This document shows, in pieces, positions 44,227 to 52,520 of a stretch of DNA of 58,357 nt; the first letter of the stretch is position 1, and each line of letters starts with the position of its first letter. The translations under genes and the position numbers were made by a program. This DNA comes from Candidatus Omnitrophota bacterium (GTDB lineage Bacteria > Omnitrophota > Gorgyraeia > Gorgyraeales > Gorgyraeaceae), in contig JAHIPS010000081.1 in the NCBI GenBank assembly GCA_018902915.1, positions 1 to 58,357 on the forward strand, written 5' to 3'. The notes under the pieces were generated by a model. The model saw only the letters and a list, made by a program, of their open reading frames with translations. It made no database searches and had not been told where the DNA came from.

Positions 44227-46215
44227 ATGTTGTTTAAGGAACTACAAGAGCGCGCAAAAAAAGAGTGGGAAGGGATAAAACAAAGTGAACCCCTGGTGAT
44301 CTCAGTGGGTGCTGCTACTTGCGGTAGGTCTGCGGGCGCGCTATCTGTGCTTCAAGCCTTCAAAGATGAATTAAATACTCGTCGTATTCGTGCCCGCATC
44401 GTTGAGGTAGGATGTATCGGCCTATGTTACAGAGAGCCCATTGTTACTATTACTAAATCCGGACATCCTGGCATATGTTATGGCAATATAACGCCTCCAA
44501 AGGTTATAGAACTCATCGAAGGTCATATTATCAATGACAAGGTCTTAGAAGATTATGCGCTGGGTACTATCGGAGAGGGCAGCATTGACAAAGTCCCTAG
44601 CCTCTTTCAGATCCCAGTGCTTAAGCCGCAAGTGAGACGTATCATGAATAATTTCGGGTTCATTGACCCTACAAATATAAATCATTATATTGCTAATGGC
44701 GGCTATAGTGGCCTGGCAAAGGCCCAAAAGATGAAACCAGGACAAATAATTAATGAACTAAAGAAATCCGGCTTGAGAGGCAGGGGTGGCGCTGGTTTTC
44801 CTACCTGGCAAAAATGGCAGTTTTGCTTAAATGCAAAAGGTAGACATAGATATATTATCTGCAATGCTGACGAGGGCGACCCAGGCGCTTTTATGAACAG
44901 GTCTCTTCTTGAAAGCGACCCGCATTCTGTATTGGAGGGACTACTTATAGCTGGTTATGCTATTGGAGCAGAAAAAGGCTATATCTACTGTCGCGCAGAA
45001 TATCCCTTAGCATTGGATAGACTAAAAATAGCTCTTAAAGAGATGGAAAAAAACATGTTTTCAGGAAACAATTGTGATTCCGGGTTTAATTTTCATATAG
45101 AGATAAAGCAGGGCGCAGGCGCTTTTGTTTGCGGCGAGGAGACCGCTCTTATTGCCTCTATCGAAGGCAAACGTGGCATGCCTAACCCCCGGCCACCTTT
45201 TCCTGCAATATCCGGGCTATGGGGAGAGCCTACTATTATCAATAACGTGGAGACCCTGGCGTCTGTAGCTTCTATATTTAAGAATAATGCTGATTGGTTT
45301 GGCCAATATGGTACGCAAAAAAGCAAGGGTACTAAGACTTTTGCGTTAGCAGGCAAGATAAGGCGCACTGGTCTTATTGAAGTGCCGTTAGGTGTTACGC
45401 TAAGAGAGGTAATATACGAGATAGGCGGCGGGATTCAGAACGATAAAAAATTCAAGGCAGTTCAGACAGGCGGCCCCTCAGGCGGATGCTTACCCGCTTC
45501 TCTTTTAGATGAACCTATTGATTACGAGTCACTCGCTCAAGCCGGCTCAATTATGGGTTCCGGCGGCATGGTGGTAATGGACGAAGATACCTGCATGGTG
45601 GATATTGCCCGCTATTTTCTTGATTTTACGCAAAAAGAATCCTGCGGAAAATGTGTTCCCTGCAGGCTCGGCACAAAACAGATGCTTGATATTCTTAATG
45701 ATATAACTCAAGGAAAAAGTAGATCTGAAGATATTGATCTTCTTCTCGAATTAGCTGAAGGGATAAAGGCAGGTTCACTCTGTGGTCTCGGCCAGACAGC
45801 GCCAAATACAGTACTTACTACTATTCGTTATTTTCGGGATGAGTACGAGGCGCATATAAAACATAGGAAATGTCCGGCAGGTGTTTGTAAAGCACTGATC
45901 CGCTATTCTATTGACGAAGCTAAGTGTACTGGATGCGGTGTTTGTAAAAAAGAGTGTCCAGGGGACGCCATCTCGCGGTATAGGAAAGTATATCCCCCCT
46001 TGTTTCCTTCCCCGCAGATTTGCTGGTGCAAATCTAATCGCGGGGACAGGTCGGAAACAAAACAGGGGGGACGGCGAAAATCGCTTAAAAATTATCGCCG
46101 CAAGGCGATTTTCTTGGGAGAAAAGAAAAAACCTCATAAGATAGATCAGGCAACCTGTATTAAATGCGGGGTCTGTAAAGAGGTCTGCAGATTTGAGGCT
46201 GTGAAGATAGAATAA
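44227..46215 (+). CDS. NuoF-like NAD(H)/FMN subunit with C-terminal 2x[4Fe-4S] domain, carrying a 141-nt in-frame repeat insertion
   Basis: GLRGRGGAGFPT, NADEGDPGAF, ESCGKCVPCRLG, CTGCGVCKKECP and CIKCGVCKEVC. Confidence 0.85.
   Translation: MLFKELQERAKKEWEGIKQSEPLVISVGAATCGRSAGALSVLQAFKDELNTRRIRARIVEVGCIGLCYREPIVTITKSGHPGICYGNITPPKVIELIEGHIINDKVLEDYALGTIGEGSIDKVPSLFQIPVLKPQVRRIMNNFGFIDPTNINHYIANGGYSGLAKAQKMKPGQIINELKKSGLRGRGGAGFPTWQKWQFCLNAKGRHRYIICNADEGDPGAFMNRSLLESDPHSVLEGLLIAGYAIGAEKGYIYCRAEYPLALDRLKIALKEMEKNMFSGNNCDSGFNFHIEIKQGAGAFVCGEETALIASIEGKRGMPNPRPPFPAISGLWGEPTIINNVETLASVASIFKNNADWFGQYGTQKSKGTKTFALAGKIRRTGLIEVPLGVTLREVIYEIGGGIQNDKKFKAVQTGGPSGGCLPASLLDEPIDYESLAQAGSIMGSGGMVVMDEDTCMVDIARYFLDFTQKESCGKCVPCRLGTKQMLDILNDITQGKSRSEDIDLLLELAEGIKAGSLCGLGQTAPNTVLTTIRYFRDEYEAHIKHRKCPAGVCKALIRYSIDEAKCTGCGVCKKECPGDAISRYRKVYPPLFPSPQICWCKSNRGDRSETKQGGRRKSLKNYRRKAIFLGEKKKPHKIDQATCIKCGVCKEVCRFEAVKIE
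45976..46116. repeat. C6...G6 modular element copy C, inserted in frame in the NuoF-like CDS
   Basis: Left flank ATAGGAAAGTATAT (45980-45993), C6 at 45994-45999, inner hairpin CCCCGCAGATTTGC-tggt-GCAAATCTaatcGCGGGG, G6 at 46065-46070, and right module ACGGCGAAAATCGC...GCGATTTTCTTG (46071-46116). Confidence 0.85.
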
Positions 46216-46219
46216 AATA

Positions 46220-46245
46220 GTAGGCCAGGTTTAAACCTGGCCTAC
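46220..46245. repeat. perfect 26-nt palindrome GTAGGCCAGGTTTAAACCTGGCCTAC
   Basis: Read directly. It lies between the NuoF-like stop and the fdhA start. Confidence 0.85.
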
Positions 46246-46249
46246 GGTG

Positions 46250-48964
46250 ATGATTATGATAAAGATAACCATTGATAATATACAAGTAAAAGCTAAAGCA
46301 GGGACGACAATATTAGAAACAGCGCTTGAAAATGATATTTACATCCCGCATCTTTGCTATTACCCTGATCTGAAACCAGTTGGCGCGTGCCGATTGTGTA
46401 TGGTAGAGATCCCTGGAAGAGGGTTAACGATTTCATGCAAGACCTTGGTAGAAAAAGGAATGGTTGTAAGGACAGAAAGCCCCCAGACCAGTAAGGTGCG
46501 GAGAACTGCTGTAGAGCTGCTTATTGTAAATCACCATGCGGATTGTCTTTCCTCCACCAAAGATACTCAGTGTAAATTAAAGGAGATAGCTACTTATGTT
46601 GGCATTGAGGAAGAGCGGTTAAAGCGATTGAGGGCCACGACTAAAACTACTCCTATTGACAGATCCAATCCTTTTTTTGACCGCGAACCTGATAGGTGCG
46701 TACTTTGTGGTATTTGCGTAAGAACCTGTGAAGAGATACAAGGCGCGAGTGCTATAGATTTTGCGTTTAGAAGCTATGACACTACTATTAGTACTTTTGG
46801 AAACAAACCTATCCTGGAATCCAGATGCGAGTCCTGTGGCGAGTGCGTAGTGAGATGTCCTGTAGGCGCATTAAGGCCTAAGGATTACCAAAAGCCTTCC
46901 CGTGAGGTAAAGAGCGTGTGTACCTATTGCGGCGTTGGCTGCGGGATCTACCTGGGCGTCAGGGATAACTCTATTGTTAGTGTACGGGGCAATACTGATA
47001 GCCCTGCAAATGAAGGCAGGCTTTGCGTCAAGGGGCGATTTGGCTATAATTTTGTTAATCACCCTGACCGGTTGACTACGCCCCTTATCAAGAAAAATGG
47101 CAAATTTGTTGAAGCTACATGGACAGAGGCGCTGGAACTTATTGCAAAAAAATTCTCTCTTTATAAAAAGGAGCAGTTTGCTGCTATTGCTTCAGCCAGG
47201 TGCACTAACGAAGAAAACTATCTTGTTCAAAAATTTACCAGGGCGGTAATGGGAACAAATAATGTTGACCACTGCGCGCGGCTTTGCCACGCGCCTACTG
47301 TTGCAGGCCTGGCTCAATCCTTAGGTAGCGGCGCGATGACCAATACCATCAGCGAGATCGGCCTTACCGCATGTATCTTAGCCATAGGCACCAATACCAC
47401 ATCCGCCCACCCTGTAATCGGGCTGCAGGTAAGAAAAGCAGCTAAGCACTCTGCAAAGCTTATCGTGGCCAATCCTAAAGAGATCGACCTTTGTCGCTTC
47501 GCTGATGTATTCATACGACACCGGCCCGGTACTGATATAGCCCTCTTGATGGGTATGATGCGAGTTATTCTCGATGAAGGGCTATATGACTTACCCTTTA
47601 TTGAAAAACGTACCGAGGGTTTCGAGGCCTTTAAGAAGACGCTTTCTAATTTTGACATGGATTTTGTAGAGAAGACAACAGGCGTAGACCGAAAGACGAT
47701 TATTAAAGCAGCCAGGATCTATGCTACCTCTAAACCCAGCACTATTCTATATGCTATGGGTATCTGCCAGCATTCTCATGGCACTGATAATGTACTGGCT
47801 ATCAGTAATCTATCGCTCATCACGGGGAACATCGGCAAGCCCTCATCAGGGGTCAACCCGTTACGGGGGCAGAACAATGTTCAGGGCGCCTGTGATATGG
47901 GATCTTTGCCTAATGTCTATCCCGGTTACCAGAAAGTGGATGACCCTGAGGTAAAAAAGAAATTTGAATCAGCCTGGGGTGTTCCTTTAGATCCATCGCG
48001 CGGGTTGACTCATTTTGAGATATCTGATGCCGCGTATGACAAGAAAATAAAAGCCCTTTATCTTGTCGGTGAAAATCCGATCTTAAGCGAAGCAAATGCC
48101 AGTCATGTCGAAGACGCTATAAAAAGATTGGAATTTTTTGTGGTCCAGGATATATTCCTTACAGAAACCGCTGAATTGGCTGATGTAGTCTTGCCTGCAG
48201 CAAGCTTTGCTGAGAAGGACGGGACTTTCACGAACAGCGAGCGACGCGTTCAGAGGATACATAAGGCAATAGAGCCTGTTGGAAATGCAAAGCCTGACTG
48301 GTGGATCACATGCCAGATCGGTAAAAAACTGGGAGGTAAAGGATTTGATTTTTCAGATCCTGGAGAGATCATGGATGAGATCGCTTCTTTAGTCCCGAAT
48401 TATAAAGGCATATCCTATGATCGGCTGGAAAAAGGGGGACTCCAGTGGCCCTGTCTTGATTATAAACATAAAGGGACACAGATCCTTCACACCGAACGCT
48501 TCGCTACAAAAAGCGGCAAGGCTAAATTTATATCACTTGAATATAGGCCATCACAAGAAATCCCTGATAGCGAGTATCCGCTCGTCCTCACTACTGAGAG
48601 CAGTCTTTACCACTATACCTCAGGCGCTATGACGCGAAGAGTGGATGGCCTTAATATATTAAGGAAGCAGGAACTGGTAGAGATCAACCCGGAAGATGCG
48701 AATAGGCTTGGGATCAGTGATGGCCAGACAGTGCGTATAACTTCCCGGCGGGGCGAGGTGCAGGCTAAAGCAAAGGTAACAGATGTTCCGTTGCCAGGCG
48801 TGATCTCTATGAGCATTCATTTTGCCGAAACAAAGACCAATCTAGTTACCAATGCTGCTTTGGATCCTATATCAAAGACACCTGAGACAAAGGTATGCGC
48901 GGTGAAAGTCTGCCCTGTTAAAAGCTTTAACCACAGAGAACACAGAGGAAAAGATATAGTTTAA
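46250..48964 (+). CDS. fdhA: formate dehydrogenase alpha subunit (NuoG-like N-terminus plus Mo/W-bisPGD), cysteine type
   Basis: 2Fe-2S CYYPDL...CRLC...SC, CVLCGICVRTC, CESCGECVVRCP, CTYCGVGC and active site HCARLCHAPT (Cys at the Sec position). The start could be GTG 46247, ATG 46250 or ATG 46256. Confidence 0.85.
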   Translation: MIMIKITIDNIQVKAKAGTTILETALENDIYIPHLCYYPDLKPVGACRLCMVEIPGRGLTISCKTLVEKGMVVRTESPQTSKVRRTAVELLIVNHHADCLSSTKDTQCKLKEIATYVGIEEERLKRLRATTKTTPIDRSNPFFDREPDRCVLCGICVRTCEEIQGASAIDFAFRSYDTTISTFGNKPILESRCESCGECVVRCPVGALRPKDYQKPSREVKSVCTYCGVGCGIYLGVRDNSIVSVRGNTDSPANEGRLCVKGRFGYNFVNHPDRLTTPLIKKNGKFVEATWTEALELIAKKFSLYKKEQFAAIASARCTNEENYLVQKFTRAVMGTNNVDHCARLCHAPTVAGLAQSLGSGAMTNTISEIGLTACILAIGTNTTSAHPVIGLQVRKAAKHSAKLIVANPKEIDLCRFADVFIRHRPGTDIALLMGMMRVILDEGLYDLPFIEKRTEGFEAFKKTLSNFDMDFVEKTTGVDRKTIIKAARIYATSKPSTILYAMGICQHSHGTDNVLAISNLSLITGNIGKPSSGVNPLRGQNNVQGACDMGSLPNVYPGYQKVDDPEVKKKFESAWGVPLDPSRGLTHFEISDAAYDKKIKALYLVGENPILSEANASHVEDAIKRLEFFVVQDIFLTETAELADVVLPAASFAEKDGTFTNSERRVQRIHKAIEPVGNAKPDWWITCQIGKKLGGKGFDFSDPGEIMDEIASLVPNYKGISYDRLEKGGLQWPCLDYKHKGTQILHTERFATKSGKAKFISLEYRPSQEIPDSEYPLVLTTESSLYHYTSGAMTRRVDGLNILRKQELVEINPEDANRLGISDGQTVRITSRRGEVQAKAKVTDVPLPGVISMSIHFAETKTNLVTNAALDPISKTPETKVCAVKVCPVKSFNHREHRGKDIV

Positions 48965-48968
48965 TATA

Positions 48969-49072
48969 GTAGGAAAGTATATCCCCCTAGATTTACTCCT
49001 TATAGTCGTAAATCTAAGCAGGGGGGACTGCGAAAATTGCAGAAAGTTATTGCCGAGGGCAATTTTCTTGTG
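48969..49072. repeat. C6...G6 modular element copy D
   Basis: Left flank GTAGGAAAGTATAT, then CCCCCTAGATTTAC-loop-GTAAATCTAagcaGGGGGG, and right module ACTGCGAAAATTGC...GGCAATTTTCTTG. Confidence 0.85.
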
Positions 49073-49546
49073 AAGACGATAGTGATATCAGGTAGTCATA
49101 GCAATATTGGCAAGACCTCCGTGGCTGAGGTTATGCTCAGCAGTTTAAATGGCTGGTCAGGGCTCAAGGTAACAACAGTAAAAGAGAAGTCTGGATGCGA
49201 GCGTGGTAGTAATTGTACGGTGTGTTCTGAATTAAAAGATGATTTTGATATTATTACGGATAAAAAGATAATCAACGAGAAAAATACAGACACTGCCCGA
49301 ATGAAAAGCTCAGGCGCGAAGAAAGTAGTTTGGCTCAAGGCGAATACGAGTGGTCTGAAGCAGGGTTTAAAAAAGGCGCTTTACTGTTTGCGGGGTTCGA
49401 AAGGCGTGGTAATCGAAGGGACAAGTGTTTTAAAATATATAAATCCGGATCTGGCAATATATCTAAAGGATGGCGCAACGCGACCGAAACCAAGCGCTAA
49501 ACAGACAGAGAAAAAGGCAGATATAGTTTATGACATTAATAGATAA
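49070..49546 (+). CDS. P-loop NTPase, MobB-like by context (atypical)
   Basis: VISGSHSNIGKTSVAE P-loop, a CERGSNCTVC motif, and location among Moco genes. GTG 49070 is preferred because 49037-49069 is repeat sequence. Both the start and the function are uncertain. Confidence 0.4.
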   Translation: MKTIVISGSHSNIGKTSVAEVMLSSLNGWSGLKVTTVKEKSGCERGSNCTVCSELKDDFDIITDKKIINEKNTDTARMKSSGAKKVVWLKANTSGLKQGLKKALYCLRGSKGVVIEGTSVLKYINPDLAIYLKDGATRPKPSAKQTEKKADIVYDINR

Positions 49547-50516
49547 TTTCAATCGCAGGATAGATTATTTGCGCATCTCAGTCACAGACAGGTGTAACTT
49601 GAGGTGTAAATATTGTATGCCTGCATGTGGTATTGCGAATAAACTTCACAGCGATCTTCTATCATTTGAAGAGATTGCAAAGATTGTGAGGATAGGAGTT
49701 TCTTTAGGTGTAGATAAGGTCCGTCTTACAGGTGGCGAGCCATTAGTGAGGAAGGATATTGTAGGACTTGTGAAGATCTTAGCTAATATAGAAGGCCTAA
49801 AGGATATTTCCATGACAACTAATGGCATTCTCTTAAAGAATTATGCGTCACAACTTAAAAAAGCCGGACTCAAAAGACTAAATATAAGTTTAGACACATT
49901 GCAAGAAGAGAAATATAGAGATATAACAAGGGGAGGAGAATTAAAAGAGGTAAAAGAGGCGATCAAACTTTCTCTAGAAGCAGGATTTCATCCATTAAAG
50001 ATAAACATGCTTCTTTTGGCCGGCATAAATGAGGACGAGATCATTGATTTTTTAAGATTGACGATAAACCTGCCTATACACGTCAGGTTCCTGGAGTTTA
50101 TGCCGACCAAGAATAATGAGTTCTGGCATTCCAGGGAGGATTTTATATCGTATAAAGAGGTAGTGGGTATCTCTAAAGGGTTAGGGCACGTGGAAGACAT
50201 CGATGTTCATGGCAATGGACCGGCAAAAAACTTCAGGATCAAACACGCAAGAGGCACATTTGGATTTATTGCTCCTTTGAGCGAAAGTTTTTGTTCAAGC
50301 TGTAACAGGCTCAGACTTACATCAGATGGATTCTTAAAGGCATGTCTGCATTCAGACCTTAAGATCAATCTAAAAGATCCTATAAGGCGGGGCATGGATG
50401 AAAAAAGTCTTATCCAGCTCATAAACCTGGCAGTAAATACAAAACTAAAAGAACACATTCTTAGCGAGAATCCGATTTCATCATCAGAATATCTGATGTG
50501 TCAGATAGGGGGATAA
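49530..50516 (+). CDS. moaA: GTP 3',8-cyclase
   Basis: RISVTDRCNLRCKYC radical SAM motif and C-terminal CSSCNRLRLTSDG. Confidence 0.9.
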   Translation: MTLIDNFNRRIDYLRISVTDRCNLRCKYCMPACGIANKLHSDLLSFEEIAKIVRIGVSLGVDKVRLTGGEPLVRKDIVGLVKILANIEGLKDISMTTNGILLKNYASQLKKAGLKRLNISLDTLQEEKYRDITRGGELKEVKEAIKLSLEAGFHPLKINMLLLAGINEDEIIDFLRLTINLPIHVRFLEFMPTKNNEFWHSREDFISYKEVVGISKGLGHVEDIDVHGNGPAKNFRIKHARGTFGFIAPLSESFCSSCNRLRLTSDGFLKACLHSDLKINLKDPIRRGMDEKSLIQLINLAVNTKLKEHILSENPISSSEYLMCQIGG

Positions 50517-50520
50517 AGCA

Positions 50521-50979
50521 GTGGACAGTGGCGATATAAGAATGGCGGATATAAGTGAAAAGTCACAGACTAAGAGGATGGCTATTGCGCAGGCAAAGGT
50601 TTTTATGAAAAGGGATACTTTGTCAAAGCTGATCAAGGGTAAGATTCCCAAGGGTAATGTCCTTGCTTGCGCAAATATAGCAGGTATTATGGCTGCTAAG
50701 AAGACGAGTGAGCTTCTTCCCCTGTGCCATCCTTTAGAGATCACTGATGTAAAATTGGAGTTTGATATCGATGAGAAAAAGGCCTGTATATTAGTAAAGG
50801 CAATAGTTTCTGTTCTTGGTAGGACTGGCGTTGAAATGGAGGCATTGACTGCAGCCTCTATTGCATCTCTAACTATCTATGATATGTGTAAGCCGGTGGA
50901 TAAAGATATAGTGATTTCGGATATCATGCTTTTAGAAAAAAGCGGGGGAAAGAGTGGCGCCTATAAAAGGCAGGGTTAA
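50521..50979 (+). CDS. moaC: cyclic pyranopterin monophosphate synthase
   Basis: MADISEKSQTKRMAIA..., KGNVLACANIAGIMAAKKTSELLPLCHPL and TGVEMEALTAAS. GTG start. Confidence 0.85.
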   Translation: MDSGDIRMADISEKSQTKRMAIAQAKVFMKRDTLSKLIKGKIPKGNVLACANIAGIMAAKKTSELLPLCHPLEITDVKLEFDIDEKKACILVKAIVSVLGRTGVEMEALTAASIASLTIYDMCKPVDKDIVISDIMLLEKSGGKSGAYKRQG

Positions 50980-51418
50980 GTCTATCTCCACATCCTCAAA
51001 AAAAGGCTGCAAGAAAAAGAACACGCAGATCGCTGTATTAAAAGAGGATTTTGGTATTGTGGGCGACGCGCATGGAGGAGGCGAGAGACAGGTGAGTTTG
51101 CTCGCAATCGAGTCTATTGAAAAGATGCGAAAAAAAGGCGTGGATGTAACTTCAGGTGATTTTGCAGAAAATATTACAACCTCTGGCATGGACTTGATGA
51201 GCTTAAAACTTGGCTCTCATTTAAAGATAGGTAAATCTGCCTTGTTAGAGATCACGCATATCGGCAAGGTGTGTCATGATAGATGCGAGATCTTTCGTCA
51301 GGTAGGAGACTGTGTCATGCCAAGAGAAGGAATATTCGCAAAGGTCTTAAAAGGAGGCGTTATTAAACCAAGAGATAGAATGGAGGTAGTGAAGCAATGG
51401 AAAAGCCATACACTGTAG
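50954..51418 (+). CDS. MOSC domain protein
   Basis: GIVGDAH...RQVSLL...GDFAENITT...IGKVCH pattern. Confidence 0.7.
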   Translation: MAPIKGRVKSISTSSKKGCKKKNTQIAVLKEDFGIVGDAHGGGERQVSLLAIESIEKMRKKGVDVTSGDFAENITTSGMDLMSLKLGSHLKIGKSALLEITHIGKVCHDRCEIFRQVGDCVMPREGIFAKVLKGGVIKPRDRMEVVKQWKSHTL

Positions 51419-51882
51419 CGGTATTAACGATAAGTGATAAATGTTCTAAAGGTCAGCGTGAGGACGAGAGCGGAAAGATCACCCAGGACCTTATTAAGAA
51501 GCTTCCTGGTGATGTCGTGAAATACGAGATCATCCCTGACGAATCTGAGATGATCAAGGAGCGTATTAAAAATTATTGTGATGAATTGAAGGTAGACCTG
51601 GTCCTTACAAATGGCGGCACTGGGTTTACTACAAGGGATGTTACCCCTGAGGCCACAAAAGAGGTTATTGAGAAAGAGATCCCTGGCATTCCTGAAGCGA
51701 TGCGCACGCTTTGTCTCGGCCTCACCAAAAGGGCAATGCTTTCAAGAGGCATCTCGGGCATTAGAGGAAAGACATTGATACTTAATTTACCAGGCAGCAC
51801 CAGGGGCGCTAAAGAATCCTTGGAAGCTATACTTGATGGCCTGGCTCATGGCCTGGATATGGTTATCGGAAGGGAACACTAA
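51397..51882 (+). CDS. moaB: MoaB/MogA-family molybdopterin adenylyltransferase-like protein
   Basis: VAVLTISDK, LVLTNGGTGFTTRDVTPEAT and NLPGSTRGA. Confidence 0.8.
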   Translation: MEKPYTVAVLTISDKCSKGQREDESGKITQDLIKKLPGDVVKYEIIPDESEMIKERIKNYCDELKVDLVLTNGGTGFTTRDVTPEATKEVIEKEIPGIPEAMRTLCLGLTKRAMLSRGISGIRGKTLILNLPGSTRGAKESLEAILDGLAHGLDMVIGREH

Positions 51883-52404
51883 GTGATTCTACTAAATCTT
51901 TTCCTTTCATTCCTTAGAATAGGATTATTCGCAATAGGCGGGGCGTATTCGTTCCTGCCCCTCATTGAAAAAGAAGTTGTTGTGAAGTATGAGTGGCTGA
52001 CAAAGAGTGAGTTTCTGGATGTGTTGGGGATGGTGAAGATATTGCCAGGTGCTATATCAATCAAGTTTGCCACCTATACTGGTTTTAAGATCGCAGGCAT
52101 CCCCGGCGCTATTATAGCGAACCTCGGCAACATCCTTGGCCCAGCCAGCCTGATTATCATTGCGTCCAGCATATACGCTAAATACAAGGACGTCCCCAGT
52201 GTCCAGGGCGCGTTCAACGTGATCCAACTCGTGATTTTTGCCATGATCCTCGCCGTAGCTTTCCAGCTAGTAAGCTCATCCCAACTCCTGTCACTGCGAA
52301 ACATACTGATTATCGTTGTCTCGTTCCTGCTCTTTTCCTTTACCAAGATTCACCCCGCTATCATAATCATCGCCGCCGCTCTTCTCGGCGCTTTTTTGAA
52401 ATAA
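51883..52404 (+). CDS. short-chain chromate-transporter (CHR) family protein
   Basis: FLRIGLFAIGGAYSFLPLIEKEVV...LPGAISIKFATYTG. GTG start abuts the moaB stop. Confidence 0.7.
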   Translation: MILLNLFLSFLRIGLFAIGGAYSFLPLIEKEVVVKYEWLTKSEFLDVLGMVKILPGAISIKFATYTGFKIAGIPGAIIANLGNILGPASLIIIASSIYAKYKDVPSVQGAFNVIQLVIFAMILAVAFQLVSSSQLLSLRNILIIVVSFLLFSFTKIHPAIIIIAAALLGAFLK

Positions 52405-52520
52405 TATAAACCTGGCGGCCCAGGGTATTCATTCCAAGAAAAAATCAAAAACTTCCCTTGACCCGCCAAAGAGCTGGAGAGGTCTACACAAAATGTTCAA
52501 AGAACATTTTGCTTGATAGC

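Noticed and set aside
45775-46144. Alternative-frame ORFs 45775..46137 (-) and 45911..46144 (+) across the NuoF-like C-terminus
   Set aside because: Both overlap the well-supported NuoF-like frame and are kept open by the repeat insertion. Neither has a recognisable domain or RBS.
47273-47290. Selenocysteine (in-frame TGA) in the formate dehydrogenase active site
   Set aside because: The active site reads HCARLCH, with TGC (47285-47287) at the Sec position and no in-frame TGA. HdrA and MvhD likewise use Cys.
43772-48964. Impression of different codon choice (more CGT/GGT/ACT) in the nuoE/nuoF-like/fdhA operon, hinting at horizontal transfer
   Set aside because: This is only an eyeball impression. 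I cannot compute codon-usage or GC statistics here, and the operon carries the same host-specific repeat family as the rest of the window.
49384-49396. tRNA T-arm-like GGTTCGAA string
   Set aside because: It is embedded in the MobB-like CDS, no acceptor/anticodon stems can be drawn around it, and no other tRNA-like structure was found in the window.
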